A stretch of 63,921 nucleotides of DNA, counting the filler, from Octopus bimaculoides (taxonomy: Eukaryota): the NCBI RefSeq assembly GCF_001194135.2. It is 3 parts of 3 records of this genome, joined end to end, with 100 filler letters (N's around TTAATTAATTAA, not from the genome) between each part and the next. Parts side by side here need not be neighbours in the genome. Positions count along the whole stretch, not along the records: positions 62,892 to 63,921 come from NW_026406999.1; 2 more parts are not named here. One strand, written 5' to 3'. The notes under the pieces were generated by a model. The model saw only the letters and a list, made by a program, of their open reading frames with translations, was not told the DNA's origin and did not search any database. Shown here in pieces: positions 62,892-63,921 of the stretch (its first letter is position 1; each line of letters starts with the position of its first letter). The position numbers were made by a program, and so were the translations under genes.

Positions 62892-63921
62892 AAAAAGGAG
62901 AAAATGCTGCAAAGATTTGCAAAAACATTTGTGAAGTTTATAATGATGATGCAGTAGGTGAATCAACTGCCTGAAAGTGGTTTGCAAAATTTAAAGCTGG
63001 AGAGTTTAGTTTGGAAGTTGACAGTTGCAATGGAAAACCTTCAAAATTGGATGAAGATGTTTTGAAGGCAAAAATTGAAGAAAACAAATATCATGACTAG
63101 AGTACTTGTAGAGAAGAGTTAGAAGTTTCTAAAAGTAAGGCTCATGAATACCTAGTGAAGGCAGGATACATTTCTTGCTATATGAGTCCCTCGCAAACTC
63201 TCAGAAAAGAATTGCTTGGACCAGTATTCCGTGTGATATGCTTTTGAAACAGAATTAAAGCATGCCTTTTGTTTAAACAACTTGTGATTGGAGATGAAAA
63301 ATGGATTGTGTACGAAAATGTAGTACAGAAAAGATCTGGGAGATTGCGTAATGATCCCCCAAAACAGCAACCAAAGACAAATATCTATACCAAAAAGAGT
63401 ATGCTTTGTGTTTGGTGGGATCATAAAGGCATTATTTGTTGTGAGCTTCTCCCACAAAATCATACCATTAGTTCAGTCGTCAGCTGGCTAATTTGAACCA
63501 AAAAAATCAAAGAATTGAGGCCGGAGATTGCCAACAGGAAAGGGGTAATGTTTCAACAGGACAATGTCTGACCACATGCTTCTTTGGCTACCGGAACCAA
63601 GTTACATGAACTTGGCTGGGNNNNNNNNNNCCATCCACCATATTCTCCTGATTTTGCGCTATCTGACTACCACTTGTTTTTGTATCTACAGAACTCATTG
63701 CAAGGAGAAACATTAACAATTTAGATGGAGTCAAAATGCATCTAGATAACTATTTTCTTCAAAACTAATCAAATTTTTTATGTTGATGGAATATTTAAAT
63801 CGTCTGATGGATGGACAAAGGTCATTAATAATAATGGAAATTATTTCATTGAATAAAGTTTATTGAAAGGTCAATTATTTATATCCCTTTTTGCATATTA
63901 AAAAATACTCAGAACTTTCCG
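62892..63921 (+). mobile_element. Mariner (DD34D) transposon remnant; 5' end cut by the scaffold join, 3' TIR at the window edge
   Basis: KWFAKFKAGEFSL; LVIGDEKWIVYEN; KKSMLCVWWDHKGII; FQQDN; HPPYSPDFALSDYHLF; stops and frameshifts. Confidence 0.9.

Overview
Eukaryotic, AT-rich, repeat-dominated genomic DNA with 16 N-gaps. The SINE families and extreme microsatellite load suggest Octopus or another coleoid cephalopod; this is inference from recall, not a search result. I can support no intact host protein-coding gene, tRNA/rRNA gene or CRISPR array. Nearly all ORFs in the supplied track are microsatellite, N-gap or antisense-to-TE artefacts. The window is a transposon graveyard. It holds several tRNA-derived SINE families (my labels A, B/B2, C, D; about 30 copies), RLE-type R4/Dong-like, L1/Tx1-like, RTE-like and CR1/L2-like LINE remnants, a Mag-like Gypsy integrase with a putative 3' LTR, four mariner remnants, a DD37D/maT-like fragment and several MITE-like long inverted repeats. 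The most unusual structures are an apparently circularly permuted Dong-like LINE (32231-33823), a 66-bp-stem hairpin insert with a 14-bp flanking duplication inside it, and a TSD-flanked (AAG)n insert. There is also an abundant SINE with a built-in microsatellite and module swapping among SINE families. Two assembly artefacts are visible: 100-bp six-frame-stop spacers and an Illumina adapter remnant. I do not claim a new biological system. TE boundaries are manual estimates unless exact motif coordinates are given.
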